64,000 nt of DNA from an uncultured Actinomycetota bacterium (lineage in GTDB: Bacteria; Actinomycetota; Actinomycetes; JAFAQI01), in contig CAVYQE010000001.1 of NCBI GenBank assembly GCA_963770565.1, forward strand, positions 928,001 to 992,000, in the 5' to 3' direction. The translations under genes were made by a program, and so were the position numbers. This document shows, in pieces, positions 1-10,138 of the stretch. Position 1 is the stretch's first letter; the number at the start of each line of letters is the position of its first letter. The notes beneath the pieces are model-generated. The model made no database searches, had not been told where the DNA came from, and saw nothing but the letters and a program-made list of their open reading frames with translations.

Positions 1-731
1 ACTCGGCCACGCCGCTGACCGCCGTGTCATGCCCGACGACCTCGCTGTGCGTAGTCGGGGACGGCGTCGGAAACGCCCTGGTCGGGACGTTCGTCCAGCC
101 CGCACCCACCAACATCGGACGCCCGGTGATCTCGGGGTCGCCCCGACTCGGCAAGACGCTCAGCTGCTCGAACGGCACGTGGGAGTCGGCACCGACCGGC
201 TACACCCGCCAGTGGTTCCGCAATGGTGCCGCGATCGGCGGCGCCACCGGGAGCGCGCACACCGTGATCGCCGCCGATCTGCAGCGCTCGCTGACCTGCG
301 GCGTGACTGCCTCGAACGCGGGTGGCTCGAGCGCACCCGCGACGAGTGCCGCGGTGATCGTCCGGGCGACTACCGCACTCACCGCCACCGAGACCGGCAA
401 GGCCGGAGGCGATCGCTCCTGCGGTGGCTCGCCCAGCCGCGCGTGCCGCGACCACAGGCGGTCGACCGTCTACTTTGCCGGTACGGCGCGCCCGCTCCCC
501 ATCCCGGCCCGAAGCCGGGCGCTGATGCTTCGCTTCTACCGCCGCGCCGACGGCGCGTGGCAGCTCAAGGCGACCGCCACCGTCCGGGCCGCGCGCACGA
601 ACGGCGCATGGCGAATCGCGAAGTCGGGTGTCACCTCGCTCAAGGGCAGCTGGCGGGTCAGGGTCAGCGCCGCAGCGACCGCGACGCTTACGTCCGCGGC
701 CGGCGGCTACCGCTACTACTCGGTGTCCTAG
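1..731 (+). CDS. C-terminal part of a secreted/surface protein with a Cys-containing repeat and an Ig-like domain (5' end outside window)
   Basis: Frame is open from the window edge (SATPLTAVSCPTTSLCVVGD); PTNIGRPVISGSPRLGKTLSCSNGTW...RQWFRNG is a typical actinobacterial Ig-like module; basic C-terminal domain. Confidence 0.7.
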   Translation, partial: SATPLTAVSCPTTSLCVVGDGVGNALVGTFVQPAPTNIGRPVISGSPRLGKTLSCSNGTWESAPTGYTRQWFRNGAAIGGATGSAHTVIAADLQRSLTCGVTASNAGGSSAPATSAAVIVRATTALTATETGKAGGDRSCGGSPSRACRDHRRSTVYFAGTARPLPIPARSRALMLRFYRRADGAWQLKATATVRAARTNGAWRIAKSGVTSLKGSWRVRVSAAATATLTSAAGGYRYYSVS

Positions 732-734
732 CAG

Positions 735-1817
735 TCAGGCGATCCGGACCCCGGAGTCCGGGTCGAAGACGTGCTCGGCGGCCCCACGCGCCGACACGTA
801 GACGACCTCGCCCAGCCGTGGCTCGTACCGGCCGTCGACCCGCACATTGAACGGCGCCTCCTGGGCGGGATCGTCACCCGGCAACCGGCCGTGGACGTAG
901 GAGTCGGCACCGAGCTGCTCGACGAGCGTGACCTCCATTGGCATCGCCCCCGGGGTGTCCGGAGTCACGACCTCGACCGCCTCGGGCCGAAGGCCCACGA
1001 TGACCTCCGACCGACCGGCCGACTCCACCGACAGGGGGAGTACGACCTCGCCCAGCCGGATGCCGGCGTCCGTCACACCGACCCGGCGCAGGTTCATCGC
1101 CGGCGACCCGATGAAGCCCGCAACGAAGACATTCGCGGGCCGGTCATAGAGCGCCCTCGGCGTGTCCACCTGCTGCAGGATGCCTTCTTTGAGCAACGCG
1201 ACGCGGTGACCCATCGTCATCGCCTCGATCTGGTCGTGGGTCACATAGACGGTCGTCGTCCCCAGGCGGGCCTGCAGCGCCGCGATGTGGGCACGCGTCT
1301 CAACCCGCAGCTTCGCATCGAGGTTGGACAGCGGCTCGTCCATTAGGAACACGCTCGGCTCGCGGACGATGGCCCGGCCCATCGCGACCCGCTGTCGCTG
1401 TCCGCCGGACAATGCCTTGGGCCTGCGATTGAGATACGGCACGAGATCGAGCAGCTCGGCGGCCTCACGGACCTTCGTGATCCGTTCCGCCCTCGGGATT
1501 CCCTTGAGCTTGAGCGCGAAGGCCATGTTGTCCGCGACCGAGAGGTGCGGATAGAGCGCGTAGTTCTGGAACACCATGGCGATGTCCCGATCCCTAGGGG
1601 CGTACCGCGACACGTCCTTGTCCCCGATGTGGACCTCGCCGTCGTCGAGGTCCTCGAGGCCGGCGAGGACCCGAAGCGCGGTCGACTTGCCCGACCCGGA
1701 CGGACCGACCAGCACCATGAACTCGCCGTCCTCGATGTCGAGGTCCAGGGCGTTGAGTGCGGGAACCGTGCTGCCGGGATAGATCCGGGTGGCCCGAACG
1801 AAACTGACCGCCGCCAT
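735..1817 (-). CDS. msiK: Sugar ABC transporter ATPase (MsiK/UgpC family)
   Basis: Walker A GPSGSGKST, VFQNYALYPH, LSGGQRQRVAMGRA, MDEPLSNLDAKLR, C-terminal TOBE-like region. Confidence 0.93.
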   Translation of the reverse strand: MAAVSFVRATRIYPGSTVPALNALDLDIEDGEFMVLVGPSGSGKSTALRVLAGLEDLDDGEVHIGDKDVSRYAPRDRDIAMVFQNYALYPHLSVADNMAFALKLKGIPRAERITKVREAAELLDLVPYLNRRPKALSGGQRQRVAMGRAIVREPSVFLMDEPLSNLDAKLRVETRAHIAALQARLGTTTVYVTHDQIEAMTMGHRVALLKEGILQQVDTPRALYDRPANVFVAGFIGSPAMNLRRVGVTDAGIRLGEVVLPLSVESAGRSEVIVGLRPEAVEVVTPDTPGAMPMEVTLVEQLGADSYVHGRLPGDDPAQEAPFNVRVDGRYEPRLGEVVYVSARGAAEHVFDPDSGVRIA

Positions 1818-2674
1818 CAGCGGGTCGGCCCCGAGACGACCATGAGCAGGTCGCGCACCGTTGTCGCGATCTCCTCCCGTGCCTCGACGAGGTAGCGACG
1901 TGGGTCGACCGTCGACGTGTCACGGTCGAGAAAGGAGCGAACGGCCCGGGTCATTGCGATGTTCAAGGCTGTTCCGATGTTGACCTTCGTGATGCCGGCC
2001 AGCACGGCGTCACGCAGGACCTGATCGGAGACGCCGGACGATCCGTGCAGCACGAGTGGCACAGGGAGCCGGGCCCGCAGCAGTTCGATGAGCGGCAGGT
2101 CCAGCTGGGCCGATCGGGAGGTCATTGCGTGCGAACTTCCCACCGCGACCGCCAGTGCGTCCACTCCGGTCTGTGCCACGAACTCCGCCGCCTCGTCCGG
2201 ATCCGTCCGCACCCCGGGGTCGTGGGCGCTCTGCGGAGCGTCCGGTTTGCCACCGACGTATCCGAGCTCCCCTTCCACCCACAATCCGGCAGCCCGCGCC
2301 ACGTCGCCGGCTCGGCGCGTGGCGGCCACGTTGTCCGGGTGGCTCAGCGCGGCGCCGTCGTACATCACCGAGCTGAAGCCGGTGGCGGCGGCCTGGTCGA
2401 CGAGCGGCTGGTCAGTGACATGGTCGAGGTGCAGCGACATGGGTACGCCGGCCAGGCGGGCCACGGCTGCGGTCGCGGCACTGATCGGCGCCATCTGCCC
2501 GCCGTGGAACTTCACCGCGTTCTGGCTGATTGCGAGGATCACCGGCAGCCCGGCTTGGTCCGCGCCGGCTGCGATAGCCTCGGCATGCTCGAGGGTGATG
2601 ACGTTCATGGCGGCGACGGCGCCGCCACGGTGGACCGCCGCTGCGACGAGCTCGGCCGTACTGACCAGCGTCAT
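1817..2674 (-). CDS. Class II fructose/tagatose-bisphosphate aldolase
   Basis: LHLDH, SSVMYDG, EGELG, LAVAVGSSH, LVLHGSSG and KVNIGT motifs. Confidence 0.92.
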   Translation of the reverse strand: MTLVSTAELVAAAVHRGGAVAAMNVITLEHAEAIAAGADQAGLPVILAISQNAVKFHGGQMAPISAATAAVARLAGVPMSLHLDHVTDQPLVDQAAATGFSSVMYDGAALSHPDNVAATRRAGDVARAAGLWVEGELGYVGGKPDAPQSAHDPGVRTDPDEAAEFVAQTGVDALAVAVGSSHAMTSRSAQLDLPLIELLRARLPVPLVLHGSSGVSDQVLRDAVLAGITKVNIGTALNIAMTRAVRSFLDRDTSTVDPRRYLVEAREEIATTVRDLLMVVSGPTR

Positions 2675-3591
2675 CGGCGGACCCCATCCAAGCTCTCGAC
2701 GACGACACCCGCCGCTTCTCGTTGGTAGTCCTCGACATCGAGTTCGCCGGCCGACGGCGCGAGCACCGCGGCTGCGCCCAGCGCGACACAGTCCGCCAGC
2801 AGCGGTTCGAGTGCGGTCCCGGCTCGTAGCCCGCGGGCGAGACCGGCGACGACCGCATCTCCGGCACCGGTCGGGTTGCCTGACAACGCGCGGGCCGGCC
2901 GGGCCCGCCAGGCCGACTCCCCGTCGACCGCGATCAGGCCCTCAGCGCCGTGTGACGCGACCACGGTGACCTCCCAGCGCGCCGCGAGCGACCTTGCAGC
3001 GCGCACTGGATCGTCCTCGTGCGTGCTCTCGCGCAGCTCGTTCAGGTTCGGTTTCACGATCGACGGCCGTGCTTCGAGCGCGGCCGGCAGCGCCGGTCCG
3101 CTGGTGTCGAGGACGACTGGTCGCTCGTTCGCCCGGGCCAGCCAGGTGAGCTGCGCAAAGGCATCGAGTGGCACACCCGCGGGCAGGTGACCGCTGACCA
3201 CCACCACCTCCGCGACCGGGATCAGTGCCTCGAATGCGGCGAGGAAACGCGGCCAATCCTCGAGCATCGCTGGTTCGTTGAGCATCGTGACCTCGGAAGT
3301 CACCCGGTCCACGATCGCGACGGTTCGACGGGTCGACGCGGTCGACGGGACCAGCTCGAGGGGGATGCCGTCACGACCGAGGCTCGCCACGAGGTCGGCG
3401 CCGCTGTCGCCACCGGCCGTGGTGAGCAGGTGGACGTCCTCACCAAGAGCGTGCAGGACCCGCGCGACGTTGATCGCCTTGCCACCCGGTCGCTCGACGA
3501 CGTCGCGAACCCGGTTGGTCTCGCCCACCGCCAGCCGGTCGACGCGGTAGGTGAGATCCAACGCCGGGCTGGCGCAGATGCACAGGATCAT
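2671..3591 (-). CDS. 1-phosphofructokinase/tagatose-6-phosphate kinase family (PfkB)
   Basis: SPALDLTY, PGGKAINVAR, KPNLNEL, NPTGAGDA. Confidence 0.9.
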   Translation of the reverse strand: MILCICASPALDLTYRVDRLAVGETNRVRDVVERPGGKAINVARVLHALGEDVHLLTTAGGDSGADLVASLGRDGIPLELVPSTASTRRTVAIVDRVTSEVTMLNEPAMLEDWPRFLAAFEALIPVAEVVVVSGHLPAGVPLDAFAQLTWLARANERPVVLDTSGPALPAALEARPSIVKPNLNELRESTHEDDPVRAARSLAARWEVTVVASHGAEGLIAVDGESAWRARPARALSGNPTGAGDAVVAGLARGLRAGTALEPLLADCVALGAAAVLAPSAGELDVEDYQREAAGVVVESLDGVRR

Positions 3592-4496
3592 TGCGTGCGC
3601 TCGGCCCCACTGAGGACGACCGACCGGGTCAGGCTCCTGGGCCGATCCGGGTCGAGGCCCTGCCGCTCGGCGAGCCGCACGCTGAGCAACTGGACCCGGA
3701 TCAGGTCGGCCACGGGATCGAGATCACCATTGACGATTGTGGCGCCGGTGGCGGCGACGTCATCGAGCAGACCCGGCACCGGCGTTCCGAAGATCCATAC
3801 CACCCGGCCCGGCTCGGCAATCGAGATCGGACCGTGGCGGTACTCCATCTGTGGATAGCTCTCGGTCCACGCGCGCGCGGCTTCGCGCATCTTCAGCGCC
3901 GCCTCGCTCGCGACCCCGGCGGCCCAGCCCTGGCCGACGAACGAGAACTGGCCAGCGTCATCGACGGCCGGGTCGACCAGGTGAGCGCCGCCGAGGACCT
4001 GCGCCGCCTGTGCTGTCACGGGCTCGACCGGTTCACCGAGTGACGCGCGCAGGAGCATCAACGTGGTCGTGGCAAAGACGGTCTGGACGACGGACTGCTC
4101 GTCGGCAAAGTCGAGGACGATTGCATTCGTGGCTGCCGCCGCCACTGGGCTGTCGGGTGCGGCGGTGATCGCAGTCACCGGGGACGCCGTACCGCTGATC
4201 GCCTGCATCACCTCGGTGGTCGTGCCGGATCGGGAGATCGCGACGACCCGGTCGTAGTGGCGACCGGTCGGGAACTGACTGGCCGCAAACGCATCGGTCT
4301 CGCCCGCGCCGGAAGCCTCGCGGCGCGCGGCGTATGCGGCGGCCATGAACCAGGACGTCCCGCAGCCGACGACTGCGACGCGTTCACCCGGCTCGGGCAA
4401 CCGGCCGGCGAACTCGGCGAGCCGACCCTGTGCCTCGGCCCACGCTTGCGGTTGCCTGGCGATCTCCTGGCTGACGTATGACGTATCGCTGCTCAT
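3588..4496 (-). CDS. SIS-domain sugar-phosphate isomerase/deaminase (AgaS-like)
   Basis: EIARQP, GCGTSWF, ISRSGTTTE, ADEQSVVQT, EAALKMRE, EYRHGP; start set at ATG 4496 (ATGA overlap with upstream stop). Confidence 0.85.
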   Translation of the reverse strand: MSSDTSYVSQEIARQPQAWAEAQGRLAEFAGRLPEPGERVAVVGCGTSWFMAAAYAARREASGAGETDAFAASQFPTGRHYDRVVAISRSGTTTEVMQAISGTASPVTAITAAPDSPVAAAATNAIVLDFADEQSVVQTVFATTTLMLLRASLGEPVEPVTAQAAQVLGGAHLVDPAVDDAGQFSFVGQGWAAGVASEAALKMREAARAWTESYPQMEYRHGPISIAEPGRVVWIFGTPVPGLLDDVAATGATIVNGDLDPVADLIRVQLLSVRLAERQGLDPDRPRSLTRSVVLSGAERTQ

Positions 4497-5461
4497 CGTG
4501 TCCTTCGATCCTTGGCCAGTTGATCCAGAGTGGGTTGTCCCGCGGTGCCGCCGACGGCACCGACCGACCGGGCACCTGCAGTGACGCCGCGGCGCAGGCA
4601 TTCGGCAATCGAGAGCGCCTGCAACCAGGCGTCGAGGAACGCGGCGTTGAAACTGTCACCGGCTCCGGTCGCGTCGACCACCTCGACCGGCACTCCGGGA
4701 TCGATCACCGTCTCGCCTTCGCTGTTCATCGCGCGAGCGCCGTCCGGCCCGTCCTTGACGACGACCAGCGGCACACATGCCGCGAGCACCCGGCAGGCGT
4801 CATCCAGGTCCGACACCTCTGCCCCGGTCGCGCGCGCGATTGCGATTGCCTCGCTTCGGTTGGGAAGCAAGAGGTCGAGATGAGGCAGCAGCGCCTGGAC
4901 CCCGGCCCAGTCGGCCGCCGGGTCGTCGTTGGTGTCCAGCGACGTCGTGATGCCGGCCGCCCTGATCTCGGTGAGCACCGCCGGAAGCTGCGCGGTCAGC
5001 GTCGGCTGCAGGAACAGCGCACAGACGTGCACGTGGCGCAACCCGGCCGGCGTCATGCGCGCGACCGCGGCCCGGACGTCGTCGGCGCTCAAGGTCGGAA
5101 TCGTGCCGGGCAGCGTGAGGATCGCCCGGTCGGAGCCGGTGGAGAGTACGACGGTCAACCCGCTCGGCTCATCGCTACGAACCACCAGGTCGCTGGTGTC
5201 CACCCCGGCGGCGCGAAGAGCGTCGCCGACCACGGCACCGAACGGGTCGGCACCGATCGCGGCCACCACCGCCACCGGTCGGCCGAGCCGGGCGAAGCCG
5301 TGCGCGGTGATACCGGCCGATCCTCCGATCACGAGCGCCGCCGTACTCAGCAGTTGCTCCGCCTGGCCGAAGCGCGGGACGACGTCGCCGCACAGGACGA
5401 GGTCGGGGTTCACGTCGCCAACCACCAGCACCGGCGCGGCGCTGCCATCGGCGTCGACCAT
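4493..5461 (-). CDS. PfkB-family carbohydrate kinase
   Basis: VGDVNPDL, IGGSAGITA, VVDATGAGDSFNAAF. Confidence 0.9.
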   Translation of the reverse strand: MVDADGSAAPVLVVGDVNPDLVLCGDVVPRFGQAEQLLSTAALVIGGSAGITAHGFARLGRPVAVVAAIGADPFGAVVGDALRAAGVDTSDLVVRSDEPSGLTVVLSTGSDRAILTLPGTIPTLSADDVRAAVARMTPAGLRHVHVCALFLQPTLTAQLPAVLTEIRAAGITTSLDTNDDPAADWAGVQALLPHLDLLLPNRSEAIAIARATGAEVSDLDDACRVLAACVPLVVVKDGPDGARAMNSEGETVIDPGVPVEVVDATGAGDSFNAAFLDAWLQALSIAECLRRGVTAGARSVGAVGGTAGQPTLDQLAKDRRTR

Positions 5462-5558
5462 GGGCGCATTCTGGCCCGACCTGCGCGGTCTGTCCAGAAC
5501 TGTGCAGGAATCCTGTCCGGTCTTGCTCGTTTTGCTCGGCCCGTGTCATGCTCGCCGG

Positions 5559-6875
5559 ATGACCACCGTGTGCTTCGTCGGGGCCGGTTCGGCGGAGTTC
5601 ACCCGGCAGCTGCTGCGCGACCTCCTGACCTACGACGACCTCGGCCCGCTCACGCTCGTCATGCACGACATCGAGCCGCGTCGGGTCGAGCTGGCCGAGG
5701 GCCTGGCGCGGATCGCGGTCGAGCGGCACGGCCGCGAGGCGACGATCCGGACCTCGCTCGACCGCGCAGAAGCGGTAGCGGGGGCCGACTTCGTGATCAA
5801 CGCGGTGAGCATCGGCGGTCATGCGGCCACCGTGACCGACTTCGAGGTGCCGGCCCGTTTCGGTTTGCGTCAGACCATCGCCGACACGCTCGGCGTCGGT
5901 GGTGTCTTCCGCGGGCTGCGCACCTTCGGGTTCCTCGACGGGCTCGGCCAGGACATGCTCGCCGAATGCCCGGACGCGTGGTTGCTCAACTACACCAACC
6001 CGATGTCCATGAACGTCACGTACCTGCACCGTCGCCATCCCGGCCTGAAGGTGCTCGGCCTTTGCCACTCGGTCTATTGGACGGTGCACGACCTCAGCGC
6101 CCTCGTCGGCGCACCCCTCGACGAGGTCACGTTCCACAGCGCCGGGGTGAACCACCAGGCCTGGGTGCTGCGGTGGGAGCGCAACGGCAAGGATCTCTAT
6201 CCGGAGCTGGACCGGCTGATCGCCGCCGATCCGGAGCTGCGCCGCAGGGTTCGGGTGGACATGTATCGCCGACTCGGCTTCTACCCGACCGAGACCAGCG
6301 AGCACTCCTCCGAGTACGTCCCCTGGTACCTGCACGACCCCCACGAGGTCGAACGGCTGCGGATCCCGATCAATGACTACGTCCGGATCAGTGCTGCCAA
6401 CCTGGCCGAGATCGAGGCGCTGATCCCGCAGGTGGCGGCGGGCATCTACACCGAGCCCGAGGAAGAGGCGGCGGAGTACGCCCCCGAGGTGATCCACAGC
6501 ATGGTCACCGGGTCGGCGCGCACGATCCAGGCGACCGTGGCCAACACCGGTCTGATCTCCAATCTGCCGCCGAACGTCGCCGTCGAGGTGCCCTGCGTGA
6601 TCGACGCCTCGGGCGCTCAACCGGCTTCGGTCGGCGACCTCCCGGCCCAGTGCGCCGCGCTGAACCGGGCCTTCCTGTCGGTCGTCGACCTGACCGTGCA
6701 GGCGGCGATCGAGTTGCGTCCGGATCACATTCGCCACGCGATGATGGCCGACCCGAACACTGCGGCCAGCCTGTCCGTCGAAACGATCTGGCGGCTCGCC
6801 GACGAGATGGTCGCCGCGCACGCCGATCGGCTGCCGGAGCCGCTCCGAGCGCGGCTCGGCGAGCCGGCGCTCTAG
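5559..6875 (+). CDS. Family 4 glycoside hydrolase (NAD-dependent alpha-galactosidase/glucosidase, MelA-like)
   Basis: FVGAGSAEF, QTIADTLGVGG, LLNYTNPM, GLCHSV, AGVNHQAW, TETSEHSSEYVPWY; ATG 5559, possibly leaderless. Confidence 0.92.
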   Translation: MTTVCFVGAGSAEFTRQLLRDLLTYDDLGPLTLVMHDIEPRRVELAEGLARIAVERHGREATIRTSLDRAEAVAGADFVINAVSIGGHAATVTDFEVPARFGLRQTIADTLGVGGVFRGLRTFGFLDGLGQDMLAECPDAWLLNYTNPMSMNVTYLHRRHPGLKVLGLCHSVYWTVHDLSALVGAPLDEVTFHSAGVNHQAWVLRWERNGKDLYPELDRLIAADPELRRRVRVDMYRRLGFYPTETSEHSSEYVPWYLHDPHEVERLRIPINDYVRISAANLAEIEALIPQVAAGIYTEPEEEAAEYAPEVIHSMVTGSARTIQATVANTGLISNLPPNVAVEVPCVIDASGAQPASVGDLPAQCAALNRAFLSVVDLTVQAAIELRPDHIRHAMMADPNTAASLSVETIWRLADEMVAAHADRLPEPLRARLGEPAL

Positions 6876-7657
6876 TGTCCTGCGTCGGGTGCGACGTTGA
6901 CCACGTGCACCGTCGGACCCAGCCGTTCGAGGGCCTCGATGTCCGCGGTGGATGCCTCGGAGTCGGTCACGATGTCGGACGCGGAGGAGATATCAATGAT
7001 CTTGGCAAAGCCACGCTTGCCGATCTTGCTGGAGTCCGCGACGACGATGACGCGCTCCGCGGTGCGCAGCAGCGCTCGGTTGGTATGCGCCTCCACCTCG
7101 TGATGAGTGGTGAAGCCGGCCGTCACGCTCACGCCGTCGACCCCGACGATCGCGACGTCGACATTGATGTTGGACAGGGTCAGCTCGGCGAGCGGGCCGA
7201 CCAGCTCGTAGGACTCGCTCCGCGCGCTGCCGCCGCACACGACGAGCTCGATGTTGAGCCGGACCGCCAGCTCGGAGGCGATGTTGAGGGCGCTGGTGAC
7301 CACGCGCAGGCCCGGCCGCGCGGCCAGCGCCCGCGCCACTTCGGTGGTCGTCGATCCGCCGTTGATCCCGACCGACCGGACGTCGGAGGAGATCAGCTGC
7401 GCGGTCCGCAGCGCGATCGCCCGCTTCGCGTCGTAGCGCTGTCCGCCGCGATAGCGCATCGGCAGTTCGTAGAGCACGCCCGACGCGACCGCACCGCCGT
7501 GCGTCCGGGTCAGGAGTTGCTGCTGCTCGAGCAGGTGAAGGTCGCGGCGTACCGATGCTTGCGAGAGGTTCAGCTTCTGGGCGAGCTCGACCACACCCAC
7601 CGATCCGGTCTCGTTGAGCTGCCGCAGGATCACACCCAGGCGATCTTCTCTGCGCAT
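6872..7657 (-). CDS. DeoR/GlpR family transcriptional regulator (AgaR-like)
   Basis: N-terminal HTH SQASVRRDL...RTHGGA, GINGGSTT, VVADSSKIG. Confidence 0.92.
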   Translation of the reverse strand: MRREDRLGVILRQLNETGSVGVVELAQKLNLSQASVRRDLHLLEQQQLLTRTHGGAVASGVLYELPMRYRGGQRYDAKRAIALRTAQLISSDVRSVGINGGSTTTEVARALAARPGLRVVTSALNIASELAVRLNIELVVCGGSARSESYELVGPLAELTLSNINVDVAIVGVDGVSVTAGFTTHHEVEAHTNRALLRTAERVIVVADSSKIGKRGFAKIIDISSASDIVTDSEASTADIEALERLGPTVHVVNVAPDAGH

Positions 7658-7676
7658 GCGCGCACAATACGCGCAT

Positions 7677-7707
7677 GACAGTGCTCGTTTCGAGCATTGT
7701 CTTGACG
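7677..7707. promoter_or_regulatory. Palindromic operator next to a TTGACG -35 box, probable DeoR site
   Basis: GACAGTGCTCG-TTT-CGAGCATTGTC (one mismatch) between divergent deoR and ABC operon; TGCTCGTTT recurs at 5524-5532 upstream of the GH4 gene. Confidence 0.6.
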
Positions 7708-7814
7708 CTTTCGCGGGACTGGTGCAACGATGCTCACCCAGCACGCTCGATTGTGCGCGAATGTGCGGCCGCGGGCTTCGCACCCACGTCGCCACATCGA
7801 CCGAGGAGCGCCAC

Positions 7815-9146
7815 ATGACGGCATCCCGCACCGCGCCACGCACCCGGGCCACCGGGTGCCATCGCCGACGGCGCACACTCGCCGTCTCCACGCTGTTGCT
7901 CCTCATCCCGGTCACCGCGTGCAGCAGCGGGAGCAGTGGCGGCTCGTCGGGGACCACCGCGACCACCATCACGTTGACGCACGGCTACACCGACGTCGAG
8001 GCGAAGGAGATCGCCGCCCAGGTCGCGATCTGGAACAAGGCGAATCCCACCAGCACGGTCAAGCTCGAGTTCAACGGCGGGAACGACGGCGCGCTCCAGA
8101 AGACGATCGCGGGCTTCACGGCCGGCAACTATCCCGACGCGGCCTATGAGTACGGGTCGTCGGCCGCCCAGCTGGCCCGCCAGCCGAAGCTGATCGACCT
8201 CACCGACAAGGTGACGGCGCCCGGTATGGACTGGAGCGACTTTTATCCCTCTGAACGCCAGGCAGCGACGGTCGACGGCAAGGTTGTCGGCATTCCTGCG
8301 CTGGTCGACAACCTGGCCTTGGTCTACAACAAGAAGCTGTTCCAGGCGGCCGGCGTCGCGCTACCGACCGACTCCTGGACATGGCAGGACTTCCGTACTG
8401 CCGCCAAGAAGCTCACCAACCCGAGCACCAAGACCTTCGGCTGGGCGTACATCAACGACGGCAGCGAAGACACCGTGTGGCGATACCTCGCCATGCTGTG
8501 GCAGGCCGGTGGCAGCCTGCTCAACAGCACCAACACGAAGCCGGCCTTCGACTCTCCCGCCGGCCTGGCCGCGCTCCAGCAGCTGTACAACATGGCCGTG
8601 GTCGACAAGTCGGTCTACTTGGACACCGGGAACGACGCCTACCTCAATGTGTTCAACAGCGGCAAGATCGCCATGCTCTGGACCGGCCCGTGGGACCTGT
8701 CCAGCATCTTGCCCGGCATCGACTACGGCGTCACCTACCTGCCCGGCTACAACGGTGACCACCAGACGATCTCGGGGCCGGACCTGTACATGCTCTTCGA
8801 CCACTCCGGGCCGAGGGCAGCCGCAGCGTTGAAGTTCATCAGCTGGCTCACGTCGGCCAAGGTGCACCTGCAGTTCGCGATCGCCACCGGAGACCTGCCG
8901 CTGCGCAAGTCGGAAACCACACTTCCCGGCTACCAGACCTTCTTGAAGAAGTACCCGGCCGAGCGGGTGTTCGTCAACAACCTGAACAACGTCAAGAACG
9001 TCCGGCCCAACATCGCGTCGTACGCCGAGATCTCTTCTGCGATCGGTGAGATGGTGCAGTCCGTGTTGCTCGGGCAGTCGCAGCCTCAGGCGGCCCTCGA
9101 CACGGCGAACCAGAAGGTGGCAGCGGTCCTGGCCGGCGGCTCGTGA
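7815..9146 (+). CDS. Sugar ABC transporter substrate-binding lipoprotein
   Basis: GAGGAG RBS, lipobox VTAC, LVYNKKLF, WTWQDF, GKIAMLWTGPW. Confidence 0.92.
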   Translation: MTASRTAPRTRATGCHRRRRTLAVSTLLLLIPVTACSSGSSGGSSGTTATTITLTHGYTDVEAKEIAAQVAIWNKANPTSTVKLEFNGGNDGALQKTIAGFTAGNYPDAAYEYGSSAAQLARQPKLIDLTDKVTAPGMDWSDFYPSERQAATVDGKVVGIPALVDNLALVYNKKLFQAAGVALPTDSWTWQDFRTAAKKLTNPSTKTFGWAYINDGSEDTVWRYLAMLWQAGGSLLNSTNTKPAFDSPAGLAALQQLYNMAVVDKSVYLDTGNDAYLNVFNSGKIAMLWTGPWDLSSILPGIDYGVTYLPGYNGDHQTISGPDLYMLFDHSGPRAAAALKFISWLTSAKVHLQFAIATGDLPLRKSETTLPGYQTFLKKYPAERVFVNNLNNVKNVRPNIASYAEISSAIGEMVQSVLLGQSQPQAALDTANQKVAAVLAGGS

Positions 9147-10138
9147 GTTCTGGGGAGCGAGGTGGTCCGCGAGTGCGCGGCGACACACGCTCCCGGGTGC
9201 CCCGCCGGACGATGCTGCCCGGACCGGTCGAGAAGCGGCCCGCGCGACGCCTGCGGCACCGCCGAACCGTCGCCGACGGCCTGGTCGGCTGGGGGATGGT
9301 CTCGCCGGCCGTCCTGCTGATCGGGCTGTTCGGGCTGGTGCCGGTCGTTTGGTCGATCGCGTTGTCGTTGCAGCACGACGACCTGCAGACGCCGGCCACC
9401 TGGGCCGGGACCGGAAACTACCGCGAGCTCATCCACGACCCGGTGTTCAAGCAGGCTATCCAGCACACCCTCGTCTACACGCTGATCTTCGTCCCCGCCA
9501 CCCTGGTGCTGGCGTTGCTCGTCGCGGGCGCCCTGAACCGCCGGGTCAGGGGCATGTCCCTGTACCGGCTGGCGGTCTTCATCCCGGTCGTCACCTCGAC
9601 CGTCGCGACCGGCGTCATCTTCACCTGGCTGCTGGACCCCAACTTCGGGATCATCAACGCGGTGCTCCAGAAGGTGGGCCTTCCGACGTCGGGCTTCTTT
9701 GCCTCGCCGAACGCGGCGCTGTTCGCGATTATTGGAATGACGGTCTGGGGCTGGGTCGGATTCGGCGCGCTGATCTATCTGGCCGGCTTGCAAAGCATTC
9801 CGGGCGACGTGCTCGAGGCGGCACTGATCGACGGCTGCTCGAAAGCGGGCGCCTTCTGGCGGATTCAGGTGCCGCTGCTGCGTCCGGTCACCGGATTCCT
9901 GGTGGTGTGGCTGACGATCAACGCGCTGCAACTCTTCGACGAGGTCTACGTGACCACCAAGGGCGGCCCACTGCACGCGACGACCGTCGTCGTCTACTAC
10001 ATCTACGAAGAGGCGTTTGAGTTCTTCCACGCGGGCTACGCAGCGACGATGGCCACCGCGCTGTTCGCCGTCATCGCATTTATCACGGTCGTGCAGCTGC
10101 GAATCGCCCGCGACTCCTCGGAGATGGGGCAGGCGTGA
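9143..10138 (+). CDS. Sugar ABC transporter permease
   Basis: TM helices, IYLAGLQSIP...EAALIDG loop, LRPVT. Confidence 0.92.
   Translation: MSSGERGGPRVRGDTRSRVPRRTMLPGPVEKRPARRLRHRRTVADGLVGWGMVSPAVLLIGLFGLVPVVWSIALSLQHDDLQTPATWAGTGNYRELIHDPVFKQAIQHTLVYTLIFVPATLVLALLVAGALNRRVRGMSLYRLAVFIPVVTSTVATGVIFTWLLDPNFGIINAVLQKVGLPTSGFFASPNAALFAIIGMTVWGWVGFGALIYLAGLQSIPGDVLEAALIDGCSKAGAFWRIQVPLLRPVTGFLVVWLTINALQLFDEVYVTTKGGPLHATTVVVYYIYEEAFEFFHAGYAATMATALFAVIAFITVVQLRIARDSSEMGQA

Noticed and set aside
4478-6821. Long alternative-frame ORFs (4478-6376 +, 5175-6821 -; similar ones at 22363-24294 and 55663-57597)
   Set aside because: Arg/Pro-rich shadow ORFs typical of high-GC DNA, overlapping well-supported genes
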